From Coniocarpon cinnabarinum (lineage: Eukaryota), in NCBI GenBank assembly GCA_051942205.1, contig JAVECO010000024.1, positions 62,001 to 126,000 of the forward strand: a stretch of DNA of 64,000 bases. The letters are read 5' to 3'. This document shows positions 39,518 through 51,408 of this stretch, one piece after another. Made by a program: the position numbers and the translations under genes. Each line of letters begins with the position of its first letter. The first letter of the stretch is position 1. The notes under the pieces were generated by a model. That model did no database searches, had not been told where the DNA came from, and worked only from the letters and a program-made list of their open reading frames with translations.

Positions 39518-41659
39518 ATGTGCTTTCGGAGCATGTGAGCGGCCCCTCAGCTGAGATTGAAGATCGAACATACTTGGCACTGACACCGTTAGATGTATGG
39601 TTTGTCGCCAGCCGACGGGTGACATGGAACAGTGCGAGGAGGAGTGCGGCATAATTCGAAGTGACGCTGTCCGTGGAATTCATGATGTTTGCCGAACAGA
39701 TCCCAGCTTCATGGAAGTCGATGACCCTCCTACCTCGCGGTCTTCGGGACCAGGTGGAGCAAGTGGTTAGTTTTCGTAGTTCGGCTGCCGCTAATCTTTG
39801 CTTACTTGCCGGAAGAGCATGTGACCACGGGTCAGGCTGGGACCGCGGGCGCTGCGCGTAGACTTGGGACGAAGGAGGCGCCTTGTGAGTACCCGTGTAC
39901 AGATGTACGCGTAAAAAGGAACTTTGAGCTGATCACCTGTTTCAAGGGGGGTATCTACCCGACGTGAGTCTCTTGTTTATGTCTGAAGATGTGACGTACA
40001 CAGTGTGCTGACGATCATTGCGAAGGGGGTGACGCCAGCGGCTCCTTGTACGTAGACACTGAATACTATTACGCTAGTAGATTGAACAGTATAATAGTAC
40101 TGACCATGATTTCCAGACGGTTACAGGCGCGGTACGTTGTCAACTGCTTAGGCGACACTATGTCAGATTGAAGCAAATGCTAATGCAGCTTGAGCAGATG
40201 GCCAAATTACTACGATACCCAAAAAAGCTGACAAAGCTGCACACGCGAGAGCGCGCGAACAACTTGAGAGGACGCATGCTTTCGGCACCAGGAAAGACGT
40301 AAGCGTTGCTGCTCCCGTGACTGGCGCCGAGTTCTGGTGCGCTGACGCATTCTGTAAAAGGGTACACCATTGCTGTCACCGCCAAGCAAGCATTCTCGTG
40401 ACGTGAAGAGGAATTTAGATCGGATCGAGAAGAGCAAGGCGGGTCAATTTGGAGCTAAACGCGATGTTAGCATTTGAAGCCTTGGTCGAGTTAAGAAAGG
40501 TAGCGCTGACAATCACGCATCTTCTAGGGCTCATTTTTTAAATCGCCAAAACAAGATCGTCGACAGCAGAAAGAGAAGAGGGGCGAGGTGGTTGCGGATC
40601 GTCGTGCTAAGGCTGAGACAGGGGAGTTTGGTTTTAAAGAAGATGTTAGTATTCGCATTATCTCGCCAGTCTCGGCACAATGCTAAATAACAACGGTGTA
40701 CAGGGCTCGCCATACCTAGTAAGGACTTGCTCCATCAATTATGAGTGTGTCGAATGCAGATCAGGCTGACGTCAATGCAAAGACCGATCCAAGATCCCGT
40801 CAAAATCAAAAGAAGCGGGATCCTCCTAGGCGTGAGAAGGCTGCCCGTGGGGAGTTCGGCACAAAAGACGACGTGCGCATGATATTCTTCCCTTTTCTGT
40901 AACAAAAATTGACTTGAATTTTCAGGGCACAAATTACATGTGTCCACCTGAAGAGCGCGAAAAAAATCGATTGAAACTCCAGCGGTACCGAGCCAGACAG
41001 AAACAAACCCAGGAGCAATCCGCAGGCGAAACGTCGCGCGAAGAACCTACGATTCGCCGTCGCTCCTTGTCGCGGTCGGTCCACCGTGACCAGGAACAGC
41101 CTCCTCGTCAGAGATCGGAGTCACGCCAGCGAGCTCCTCATCCACGCTCACACTCGCGCATGGGTCGGCCACCAGCCGAAACGATGTTGGAGACGCTTGT
41201 TCTCGGAGAGCGTGCGTAGTTATCCACCCAGCAATGATGTATACTTCTGAGGAGTCTTGGGACTGACTGTGATGTAGGCGGCCGTTCAGCTTCTTTGGAG
41301 CGTCAATTAGGACAGCCCAGGTATGTCATGTCCCATGATATGCGCATCCGTGACCTGCTCACATCTCATTCTCTAGATCTGGCAACGGTGGCGATGAGGG
41401 TCGCAGCCAGCTGAAGAGTCTGGCCTCCGGCTATGCCCGACCTCGACCTCGACGTTCCGAGTCCCGCGGTCGACGCAGCTCGAGTTCGACCAGATACGTG
41501 CCAGCAGACAGTGAAGAAGCACGTGCGAGCCGACGACGCGCCCCATCGGCAACCCGAGAATTTGAGGGCTCTTATTACTCATCCGGAGCAGGAGATCAAG
41601 GCCGCCGTGAACCCTCACGAAGCCGCCGTGGCAGCCCGGAGCCCAGACGTCGACGCTGA
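39518..41659 (+). CDS. Paralogue A of novel family (Cys/His module + 6 GxKxDG repeats + RS tail); 14 exons, ~450 aa
   Basis: Exons 39518-39534, 39593-39765, 39816-39884, 39947-39963, 40026-40047, 40117-40131, 40198-40298, 40361-40465, 40528-40644, 40704-40718, 40783-40872, 40926-41211, 41278-41320, 41377-41659. All introns are GT-AG, 50-69 nt, with branch-like motifs, and the phases chain into one open frame: MCFRSICMVC...EAPWGYLPDGVTPAAPYGYRRDGQ... Confidence 0.8.
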
Positions 41660-42895
41660 TCTACTGGACAGTAGTCTTTTGACATGGAGTGATGGTTGAA
41701 TGCGAACGGTGTTGAAGCAGTTGAAGTGGGGGCGAATATGAGTGTTGCGGGGGTGGTTTGCATCGTGTGGACAGAGTCTCGCGTGTGGTGAAGTGAGAGC
41801 TGGTCGATGGAAGAGAATCCTTTGTCTCAGGTTGAGAGAGGAGTAGGCGTCCCCGTAATGGAGGTGCGCCGGAATCAATCCTGAAGCTTGTGCTTGAAAC
41901 ATTTGAGACATTTGAAACACAGTCACAAGTTCTATGTATCATCTCGAACACCACATAGGGCAGAATGTGATTTGGACACCGACTTTTGCTGGCTGCAGCA
42001 CGTGATTGCAATCTTTGGTGTGGAGTTCGGCGACTGCCTGGTACCAGAAACTTTGATGCCCACTTTATTCTCTTGGCTTTTGAGGAGTCTGTCAACACCT
42101 TTAACTTTACAGTTGATTTCTCAAGTCAATACTCGGCACACTTCTACTCGAATGATCGGACTGTAAAAAGGTTCCAACTTCCGCCTCAGGCTTATTGCAT
42201 CTGCCCAGTGCTGGGCACATAGTTTGAATGCACCCGTCTCAACATTTGACACCGCGCCACTTCCAGTGCTAGCTCCTATGCCACTTCGACCTTAACTCAC
42301 GACGCTTCAATATTCTCAGTGTTGCTGTTTAGCGATTTAGGGATGGCTATGCCGTTGCGACCCTATGATTGCCTCGCTCAACGTCAACTACTTTTGATCT
42401 CTATCGTACTGGGTCTTGCGATCGGATAGAAGCCAAGACCGTAAAGGTGATCGAGTCTGTCTGCACCCTTGACGGTGGCTTTGTATTACAGAGCTAGGAT
42501 GCATGACTTATCTTGCCCTGCCCTCACGAACAGCTGCCTGAATACGACGGTTCTAGAGATTAACCGCAGTATCTCTTGCCGACGTCGTGACTTGATATCT
42601 TGCATGATCTATTCCTTGCAGTTGCAATGATATCTAAGTACCCCTACATCCGAACAATTCAGCTCACAGCACGATGTGCCTCAATAACGCACAACTTTGC
42701 TCCCAGGAAAGTGATGGTGAGGCTGAGCATGCTCTGCGTAGGTACATGTGCTTGCTGTACCTCAAAGTGGACTTGTCTTGCGCTTGTCACCTCTGTCTCA
42801 GAAAAATGGCTATTCAAGTATTCAATTGTTATTCTTCTTTGTGGAAAACTAGAAGCCAGATGTTTGTATTCTCTAACAAACTTCACAATTTCATC

Positions 42896-44428
42896 ATGTG
42901 TTATCCCCTCCTGTGCGAGCGCTGCGGCGAAGAGTTGGGAAAGATGGATCCCTGCAGCCGTGAATGCGGCCTTGAGATGGAGCCTCGACGACGCGGGTTC
43001 CATCGGGAATGTGTTCCAGACCATGGTGCGAGCCATGGGCATGTACGAACCGATCAGATCATGAGGGACAGCGCGGGCGAGCCCATGTGGAGTGAAACAT
43101 GCCCCTTTGGATGGTATAAAGATGGGACGATCATCGCGCCATACGTATGTGGAACGCTGTTGTCCTTTAATCAAACTGCAGCATTGATGCTAACGCTTTC
43201 AAAACAGGGAATGAAACCTGAAGTATGTTCATGATATGAGATTATCAAAGCTCGTGGCTCATACGAATTGACTCCCTTGCTAGGGCACGCCGTACAAAAC
43301 ATCAGACAACGAGCGAGAGACAGAACGCAAAACAAGAGAGCGTAACAAGGCAAGAGTGTTAGAGAATAAGCCATGTACGTCTCAGGATGAGGACCGCCAG
43401 AACGCTGCTGATGTTTTGAGAAACAGGGGGTCTCAAGCCCAGTGGAGGGGTCTATTTGACTTCCCCGGAGCAGCGCGCCAAGATTAATATGGCGAACAAA
43501 CAAAAGGCTGATATGCGGGCCGAAATGTCCCTTCGAGGCGAGTTCGGGTACAAGGCGAATGGTGAGCCGTATAAACAATCTCCTGAAGTGCGCAACCACG
43601 ACCGCGACCGCGACCGCGAGCGCCGTCGCAAGCGAAGCCGCCTAGTGGACCAAAAGCCTGTAGACGCGACTGCAAAGCCACGCTCCAGATCAGGGTCGCG
43701 AGAGGCGCTCACATCTGCGCTTGATCGCTTCGACTCAACGAGAGCACGCGGGCGCCCTCGGCGGCGGTCTTCTGTTGGGTCGAGAGTTGAAGGCACGGAT
43801 AGCGGCAAAACCGTATTATCGAGCCGGAGGGGTCAGACTTCTGGTCATCAGCGCTTGCAACCAGAGAGTGATTCCTTTGAAGATGTCAAACTTGGCATGA
43901 ACCCTTTCACGGGAAAGCCATATCGACGCATCGTTCCCAGACCCAACTCGCGACCCAGACCAGAGACAGAAGCATTGGAGTCACTCTCACGCCATGGGCG
44001 AAGCTCTTCAGCAGCGGCCCCGCGTCTTCGTTCCGGGTCGAAACACGAGACACAAACCAGTCCTGTGCGCCCGACAAAACCAATCAGTACTCAAGAACCA
44101 ACTCTTGGGCATTCATCCTCAAGTAAGTTTGCGACAAGTCATTTGCCCTCAGCAGAAGCCAAACAGCCATGCTTATTACATTGACAGCGAAGCTACAGCG
44201 CACGACGAGTTCCACAAGTTTTAGAAGCTCATCCCGTGCTTCACGCGCTCGAGAGATTATGCCGACCGGAATTCAAGCTGATCAGCCACATCCGAACTAC
44301 TATTTCGTCCAGGAGCCTGAAACCATTGATCCCCGGTACGTCCACATGAAGCCGCGTATTCGATCCTGCGCCCACCTAGATGTCGAATACAGAATGTATT
44401 GCTAACTTCCAGCTGGGTAGACAATTGA
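42896..44428 (+). CDS. Paralogue B of novel family; ~6 exons
   Basis: MCYPLLCERCGEELGKMDPCSRECGLEMEPRRRGFHREC...CPFGWYKDGTIIAPY|GMKPE|GTPYKTS...KP|WGLKPSGGVYLTSPEQR...GEFGYKANGEPYKQSPEVR, then RS-rich tail. Exons 42896-43144, 43208-43222, 43284-43374, 43427-44122 and two more. Confidence 0.8.
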
Positions 44429-44831
44429 GCCGCAAGTGAGTTGCAAGAATGCTGGATTAGCCTCTTTGCAAAGACGACGTAGCCCTTTCGGAAATTTTAC
44501 CGCGTACGCGTATTCGATATGATCGAGACTGCACGAACTTTCGGTGAAGCGCTCAAAGAGACCAGAGTCTCATGCCGAGCGAGGGAAGGCGCGGCAGTTT
44601 GCAGGCTGAAGGACTCCGCAACGGAGTCTTGATCATCTCCATCGTCATCGCCCAGAGGTCTGTTAGTGAAGACCGTCAAAGCTCGGGCAGAAGGTGCTCT
44701 GAGAAGATGTAAAGGCGGCAAGCACTAGCGAGGTGCTTTATGTTGATATGGGAACGGTTGAGATAGAACTTGAACCCGTCCGGAACTCAGCCTTCAACAA
44801 CAAAACATTGACCAACAATTACTTGCCAAGT

Positions 44832-46325
44832 ATGAGCTCCACAGTCACTTGCCCAAACTGTTTGGAGTTGATTGAAGTGGTTCCCTACTCGAATGCATGG
44901 CGAGGCTTTGACCCAATCTTTTCCCAAGGTGAACATGTTTGTTCTGCCCTCCTCGATACGAAGCCCGCGACTGTGAATCCTTTGGATGTGTTTCCTTTTG
45001 AGGCGCCCAGTATGTAAATTCCAAGCTGGTCTAGCTACTCTATACTTACTCGAAGAGAAGTGTCAAGGATGACCCCGGGAACCAGATCTCGGTCGAACAG
45101 TGCGCCTCGCCCGCAACACGCGACGCGTATGTCTAGTCACTCTAGAGATCTGCTTTCATATTGATGAGATGTCAGCTACAAATTCTGCAAGAAACAAAGC
45201 GAGATCGACCAGCGCTTTCAGACCGCCCAATGGAACGACGATTCCAAGAGCGTCACTGGGTGGTAGAAATACCGACGCATCTCAACAATATGCCAACTCA
45301 GACGCACCATGTCAGTGAGAAGTGCTGCGGGCCCAACTTGTCGTGGAGTAGCTAACGTGCAAGCGTAGTTGGCTATTTGTCAGATAATCGGACACCAGTT
45401 GCTCCCTTCGTAAGTCTACCGATTGAATCCACTTACCAAGCCCTAACCTTTTGCGTCGTAGGGATTCAAGCCTGATGGAAAACCACGCAAGAACCGACCT
45501 CACAATACGAAGTGGGTCACGGGGAAGAGCAAGGAAGCGCCTTGTAAGTCTTGCGGTCAGACTCAACCTGCAGGGAAGCTCACACGATTAGTTGGCTACC
45601 AAGCAGACGGACAGCTCGAGGCCCCGTTTGGTCACGATCCGAAAGGTCGTCCATTCATCACCCCGACAGTCCGGCGAGAAAAAGACAGCGACTTTCGCTC
45701 GATCAACAGAGAGAAAGTAGCAGCTACTAAACAGTCGCGGAAAGCTCAGCATCCAGAGAAGGTCCAGGAATATAGCCGCAAGCGCCGCTCCCGTCGAAGA
45801 CATGATCGGCAGTCGCCTCAGGCGGAGAGTAATATTGCCACAACAGAGTTGGCTTCTCAGCGCAAATCTGAGATGATCCGTGGCCGCTCGCGTCAAACGA
45901 AAGAGGTTGAGCCATTAAATAACGACAGAAGCAGGTTCACCTCCGCTAAAGCTTCGAGCTCTTCACAGAAATGTGCGTGACCGCTCTGCAAATTCGGAAC
46001 AAATGTGTGCTGACTAGACGGTATAGATCATGCATCGACGTCCAAGCGTCCAGGCGAGTCGGAGTCGCTGCCATTAAACAAGATGACAGAGTCGCGCCAT
46101 AGGTCACGGTCCCGACAAAAAGGACCCAACGCCGCCTCAGACGATAGGCGCGCAGGTCACGTGTCGCGTCGTCGATCGCTGTCTCGAGCCGGGCGTGAGG
46201 ATGTCAGTCACGGACGCTCCGAATCCCACTCTTGGCAGTCTGAGCACAATTTGACTGACAGCAGCCGAATAAGCTTCATGGTTCCATGTCGGCGCCTGAA
46301 TGACTTCCATCAACTCGACATTTGA
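44832..46325 (+). CDS. Paralogue C of novel family (degenerate Cys/His module); 7 exons
   Basis: Exons 44832-45009, ~45061-45126, 45176-45310, 45369-45409, 45462-45543, 45592-45972, 46027-46325. Encodes DAPFGYLSDNRTPVAPFGFKPDGKPRK...EAPFGYQADGQLEAPFGHDPKGRPFITP, then RS-rich tail. Confidence 0.72.
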
Positions 46326-47097
46326 ATGATTTGAAGCTCTCAAGGTCCCCGCAAGGAGGAGTCGCGTCGGGTTTGGTTGACCGGGTCTGAACACCAGTCG
46401 TTTTCAACGTACTGCTGGGAGCGGTCTGCGGCAACCCTCACGTACACATCAATCGAATGTCAAGGAGCAACTATTTTTACTATCAAGACGTCGAGCGTTG
46501 CACTTCAGACAGCAACTGATACACAGGAACGAGGGAGCTCTGGTGGCGTTGCAGTTGGTTTAGACGAGGCACAGTCACGTGATATAGCACTTGGTCTGTG
46601 CGCTTCGGCACCATTGACGTCGGCACAAGTGCTTACTACCTAACGTACTCTGTATGGTACCCAAAATCGCGGCGCAAATACGACAGTAATGATCGTTGCT
46701 GTTAACGTGCATAATCAAAACTTCGTAGGGAAGCGACGCTTACATTAGGGTCTGTTTCCCTACGAATTACCCCGTGTGGTTCTGAATGTGGAACGTGTCT
46801 AGGCTTTTTGTTGCGGAGCCTACTCAGAATTATACCGACCGCGCACGGGCCTGAGCAGACCGCAGCTAGCATTTTGTCAGCCACAGCAATTGTGGATACT
46901 GCACAATGCTCGAAGTAATGTTAGCAGATGAGCAAATAGCAAGAGAACCTCTCGGCGCGAAAGGTGCCATGCGCTGTCCAGAGCACGCTGGGCAACTGGC
47001 ACTTGCTCTATAGCTGACGACTGCACATTGAAACTTTCTACGAGTCACGTCGAGAGCTAATTGGGTTGAAGATACTACGGCAATGCGGGTCTCTGCC

Positions 47098-47501
47098 CAG
47101 TGTGGTCAACGGTTCGGTTGTCAATGGTTCGGTTGAGGAAAACGGTCAGCTTACTGGTTCGATTCTTGCCGTTGTTGATCGTGATTCGGTTCGGTTGTAG
47201 GTCATTTATACCGGTTTGACGCTAAAGCGTAAACAATGTTAATGGCCACGATGTGTGAAGGGCTAAAGTTAAGAGACTTTCTTACCCTACCGAACAATGT
47301 CACATGTTAGATCACGTGCTCGATCACATGTTAGCGTGGGGGAATATAATACTCCAATATACCCCAATATACCTCTTCCGCTTTCCATACAACCATTAAT
47401 AAACTGGCAATCAATAGTGTACCGGTTTTGATTCGGCCTCTTTTCTTCATAGTAATGGTAGCGCACGCCACCCACCCGAAACCGAACCATTGACTACACT
47501 G
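47098..47501. mobile_element. Non-autonomous DNA transposon (MITE), hAT-like
   Basis: 22-bp terminal inverted repeats with 20/22 match: CAGTGTGGTCAACGGTTCGGTT (47098-47119) and AACCGAACCATTGACTACACTG (47480-47501). Subterminal GGTTCGGTT repeats, AT-rich non-coding interior, and CTCTGCC on both flanks (47091-47097, 47506-47512). Confidence 0.75.
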
Positions 47502-48291
47502 TAGACTCTGCCACGGTGATCATCGTTCCACATTGTTGAAAATTAGCCGGAGTGGAAGCGTCATTCATCCAGACCTGTTGCTTGATAAATCCTCAAAATT
47601 TATTTCTGTCAGTTGTCATATGTGTCAGAGTCTGGCCCCAGCTGCGCTTTCAAGGTGTTCCTTGAGGCCATGGTGGAAGACTTCGCGTCCACGGAACGTT
47701 GACTTAAACTTGACAGTAGCGAGGTGTCCGCTCGCGGCAGTATTCAGGGCGACGCTGGGATGATCGGCCTCGCCTCTGTTGGACGCAGGGGACCCAAGCG
47801 TGATTACGAGAGCGAAGACGGTGAGATGATCTAGAGCCATTAGATATGAGGCGCTCCATGCGATCCGCTGTCATGTTTACAGCGTCCTACTAATCGGCCC
47901 CGATTGTAGCGTAAGAGTAGCTAAAATGCAATCAGTCTCAAGCGTGTTGATGATGCCAAGCGTCGATCTGGAATACTTGTGTTCTTCAGTTCTTCATTTG
48001 AGATAGAAGGTAAGAACCTTGTGCAGAATCCCTTATTGGTTCTTCCTTTGTCGGGGTTGCGGGCACGAGGTCCAGACTGAGACAGCAATTGCTGCTGTGG
48101 AGGCAGAACGTACCTACATTGTTTTCCTTCCACCTGAGCGCAATGCCTTTGCTTAGCACAAAGTCGCTTAGTCTTTCTTTGGCGAAAATGCACTTAGCTT
48201 CTTATGTGCACTTCAGATTAATTGAAGCAATGTTGTGAACATTTTCGCATCTCAACAACTTCCTCTGTGCAAGAGAGACTCGCTTTGTAAG

Positions 48292-50072
48292 ATGTGCTGG
48301 ATCGCAGTGTATGATCTTGTCACTATCCACGCTTGAGCGTCTTCGTTGGTTAATCAATACAGGTGTTATCACTGTGGGATGGAAAATGAGGCTTATTCGC
48401 AGGTTCATTGTCCGAGGTGCATAGCCGGAAGCACCTCTGTCGATGGACCTGCTCACCCTCATTGCCTCGAAGAGCAATTTGAAAAGGATCCCGAGGGGTT
48501 TCAGTCCTCCAATAAGCTCAATCCACCGGACTTTGACTTCTCGAAACTGGTAACACAAGAAAGTGAGTTGGACCAGGACATAAGCTCACTTGCCTACACA
48601 GGACCTATCTTCTAATTCTTTGTTTAGATCTTTCCCGACTCAATCTTTCCAACCCAGACGCTTTTGCTCCAGCTCCTCAGGCTGTGTAAGTGCCAACACG
48701 TAACTTGATATCTCCCTTTGCTTCTAACACTAATAACGATTTTAAAGGACTAGAGAAGATGTAGTAAGCTGAATAGCAGTATATAAAATTGCACTCACCC
48801 TTAGGCTCACGAATGCCAGTCGAGCAACAAACCAGACGAGGCAGCTGCGCCCGAAGAAGCGCAGGAGGCACCTTGGTATCTGGGGCTGCTCTCTCGCGAA
48901 AGCTCATGTTCTGACGCCTATTTCCTAGGGGTCGAAAGCCTAACGGCAAGCCCTACAAAACATCCGCGGCGCGTCGCCAAACGAAGAAGGAGTACAATGA
49001 TAAAAATCCTCAGGCACGTAGCTCTGCGTAGAGTCACACTCAACACGTACTAACACCATTGAAGCATCAAGAAGCTGCCAAGAAGAAGCGAAGAGAGGAA
49101 AGAGAACGAAGCGTGCGAGAGGCACCATGGTAATTGTCGCGACCTTTTTGTCTGGATGATAGGCTGACAATGGTCTGCTTAGGGGCTTCAAACAAAACAA
49201 GGCACCGTATACAACGTCTCCCGAGGCACGAGTAAAGGGCAAGCAGCGCAGAGCAGCATGTCTAAAGGCAGGTGACCTTCGGCAAAGATGTGTCGCGTTT
49301 TGTACTGACCAGGTCGAAATTCTAGCCTTTTGGGTCTCAGGAATATCGCGACTATCAGAAAAGCCAGAGGAGGGAGAAGACTGAGAAAGCTTTGCGAGAA
49401 GCGCCATGGTACTTGAAAAAGCTTTCTAGTAGGAAGCGTACTGCTGACATAATCAACAAAGGGGTTTCAAGTCAAACAACAAACCCTACGTCACACCGCC
49501 TGAGAGGCGCGGCAGAACTGTCCAATCTCGCGAGAAGACTCAGCAGAAGGTGAGAAACGCCATATAAATGGCCTCAAACTAATCGTGCTGATTTTGCCGT
49601 TGCGTAGGAATCCCGTCTGCAGCCAACCGAGGGGCCTGGTCAACGCCGAGTCGAGCAGATTGGATCGGATCAGCTTGCGATGAGCTCAGTGTTTCGCCAT
49701 CGTTCGCAGTCCAGAGGTCCACGGCGACATGTACAGGAGGAAGAGTCGCGCGGGCGCTCTCGATCCCGCTCCTGCGCAAGACCTACCTCGACGCGCGATC
49801 ATGAATCTTCTTCTCACCATAGAATGCGGTCCAGGTCTCACTCCCGATCGCAGCACCCGCAAGCTCCGGATGCTCACGAGCAGCGTGGCTGCTCGCCTTC
49901 GCGCCACCGCCGCAGTGATAGCAGTACGCGCATGGTATCAAGCCGTAGAGCATCGACATCTGGTCGTCCAGCATTTTCAGACACTGGCTTACAGAGCAGT
50001 CGTCGTGACTCTTCCAGGAGCGCACTCTATGGGGCACCTTCGGATATCTCCTATTATTACTCAGCTTATTGA
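48292..50072 (+). CDS. Paralogue D of novel family; ~11 exons including two predicted GC-AG introns
   Basis: 17-nt first exon (48292-48308) gives MCWIAV|CYHCGMENEAYSQVHCPRC...AHPHC. Repeats EAPWGRKPNGKPYKTS, EAPWGFKQNKAPYTTSPEAR, EAPWGFKSNNKPYVTPPERR. RS-rich last exon ends at 50072. Confidence 0.75.
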
Positions 50073-50956
50073 ATGTTGCATGGTAACTGTGAAAGTTGGA
50101 AATGGAATGCGTTCCTAAGAAGACCAGTGATGGCTAGGAGGATCACTATTCAGCTCATCAATCCCGGGTCGGAAGACTTTTAGCTGAGACGGATTGACGC
50201 AGGGGAAGGTGAAGCGGCCGAGGCCGACTGCACATCGCACTTTCGTAGAATCAAATGAATAGTCTGCATTTGATTGATCAAGGTTCCAAAGCTAACAGTC
50301 AATATGCTTTGCTCGAGATTGCTTCAAGGTCACATGCTCTTTCCAAGCTGAATGCTGTCCTGCTGCCAGATTTTCCCATTGGTGGCGCCAAGAAACGGCC
50401 TTGGGTCCTCACGTGATCTTTTGCGTGATATGTTCTGTTCGCATTGCAATGAAACAGCTCGTGCCCGGCGACATAGGCTTCTCGTTTCTCCAGGGCTTTG
50501 AACTGGAAGTTTCCGCCCGGACAATGGCGGTAACAGCTCAAGTTCCTAGTGTCGCTGGCCCTGATCTCTTTTTGTCGTCACTGCATACCGAGCTCATCTC
50601 TCAAATCCAGCTGACATAGTTCCTGGCATGAGATAAAAAATGGTAGCGCGAATGCTACAGCATAAAGTGTAAGACTATTTCTCTTGAGTTTTGTGACCTT
50701 ATCAAGACCCTTAATCTCAGGTCCTATACTACGATATGCTTGTAGGTTATCTCCCACTCGGACGATCTTACGGTAAGACTTTCCTGGAAAGGTGTGCAAA
50801 GAATGCTTTCAGACGGAAGTCCTCTGTGTGACTTTTATGATTTAAGCTTAGTCATTGCCTCTTGACTTCTGGAGAACAATCGAGTTGCACAAGCAGCACG
50901 TTAGTCGCTCACAGCCTTTCTGTTGACTCCATGGTAGACCTTTCAGAGTATACATG

Positions 50957-50975
50957 GTAGTAGTAGTAGTAGTAG
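50957..50975. repeat. (GTA)n microsatellite
   Basis: gtagtagtagtagtagtag. Confidence 0.8.
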
Positions 50976-51408
50976 AATTCATACGCCGACCCACTCCTAA
51001 ATCCTCGGGGGAGTATACATGGTTTCAGAAGGCTGCCCTTGATGTTTCCTAAGCACGTCTCGAGACCTCGCAAAGATGTTCATCGAGATTTGTCCCGAGC
51101 TTGAGGTAGAACCCCCAGAACTGGTAGACATTCCCCCGAAAGATTTGCGTGCGCACTGTGACAGACTCAGGTACTAGCTGGTGGTGCTAGAAGATGTCAG
51201 AAACTATTGTGGTGGTGGAAAGCCTCTGCGAGCGGGATGCACCTGTGCATGCACAAGGTACCACGCACCTTTTCCAGCGCAAACAAAACTAGTCGGCTGA
51301 AGGATGGATCTATTGTACTCTTCACAAGTTCCAGAAAGTCAGATACGACCAACAACCATCCACCATTGCATCTCAAAGTGTCGGGGGCATCCGGCTCAAT
51401 CAGCAAGC

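Noticed and set aside
42674..42895. In-frame upstream ATG extending paralogue B by 74 aa
   Set aside because: Family alignment places the start at MC (42896), as in A, D, E and F; the extension is AT-rich and UTR-like.
50578..50799. AT-rich minus-strand ORF fragment (VGDNLQAYRSIGPE...)
   Set aside because: May be a decayed gene relic, but it is short, lacks a true ATG start and cannot be identified.
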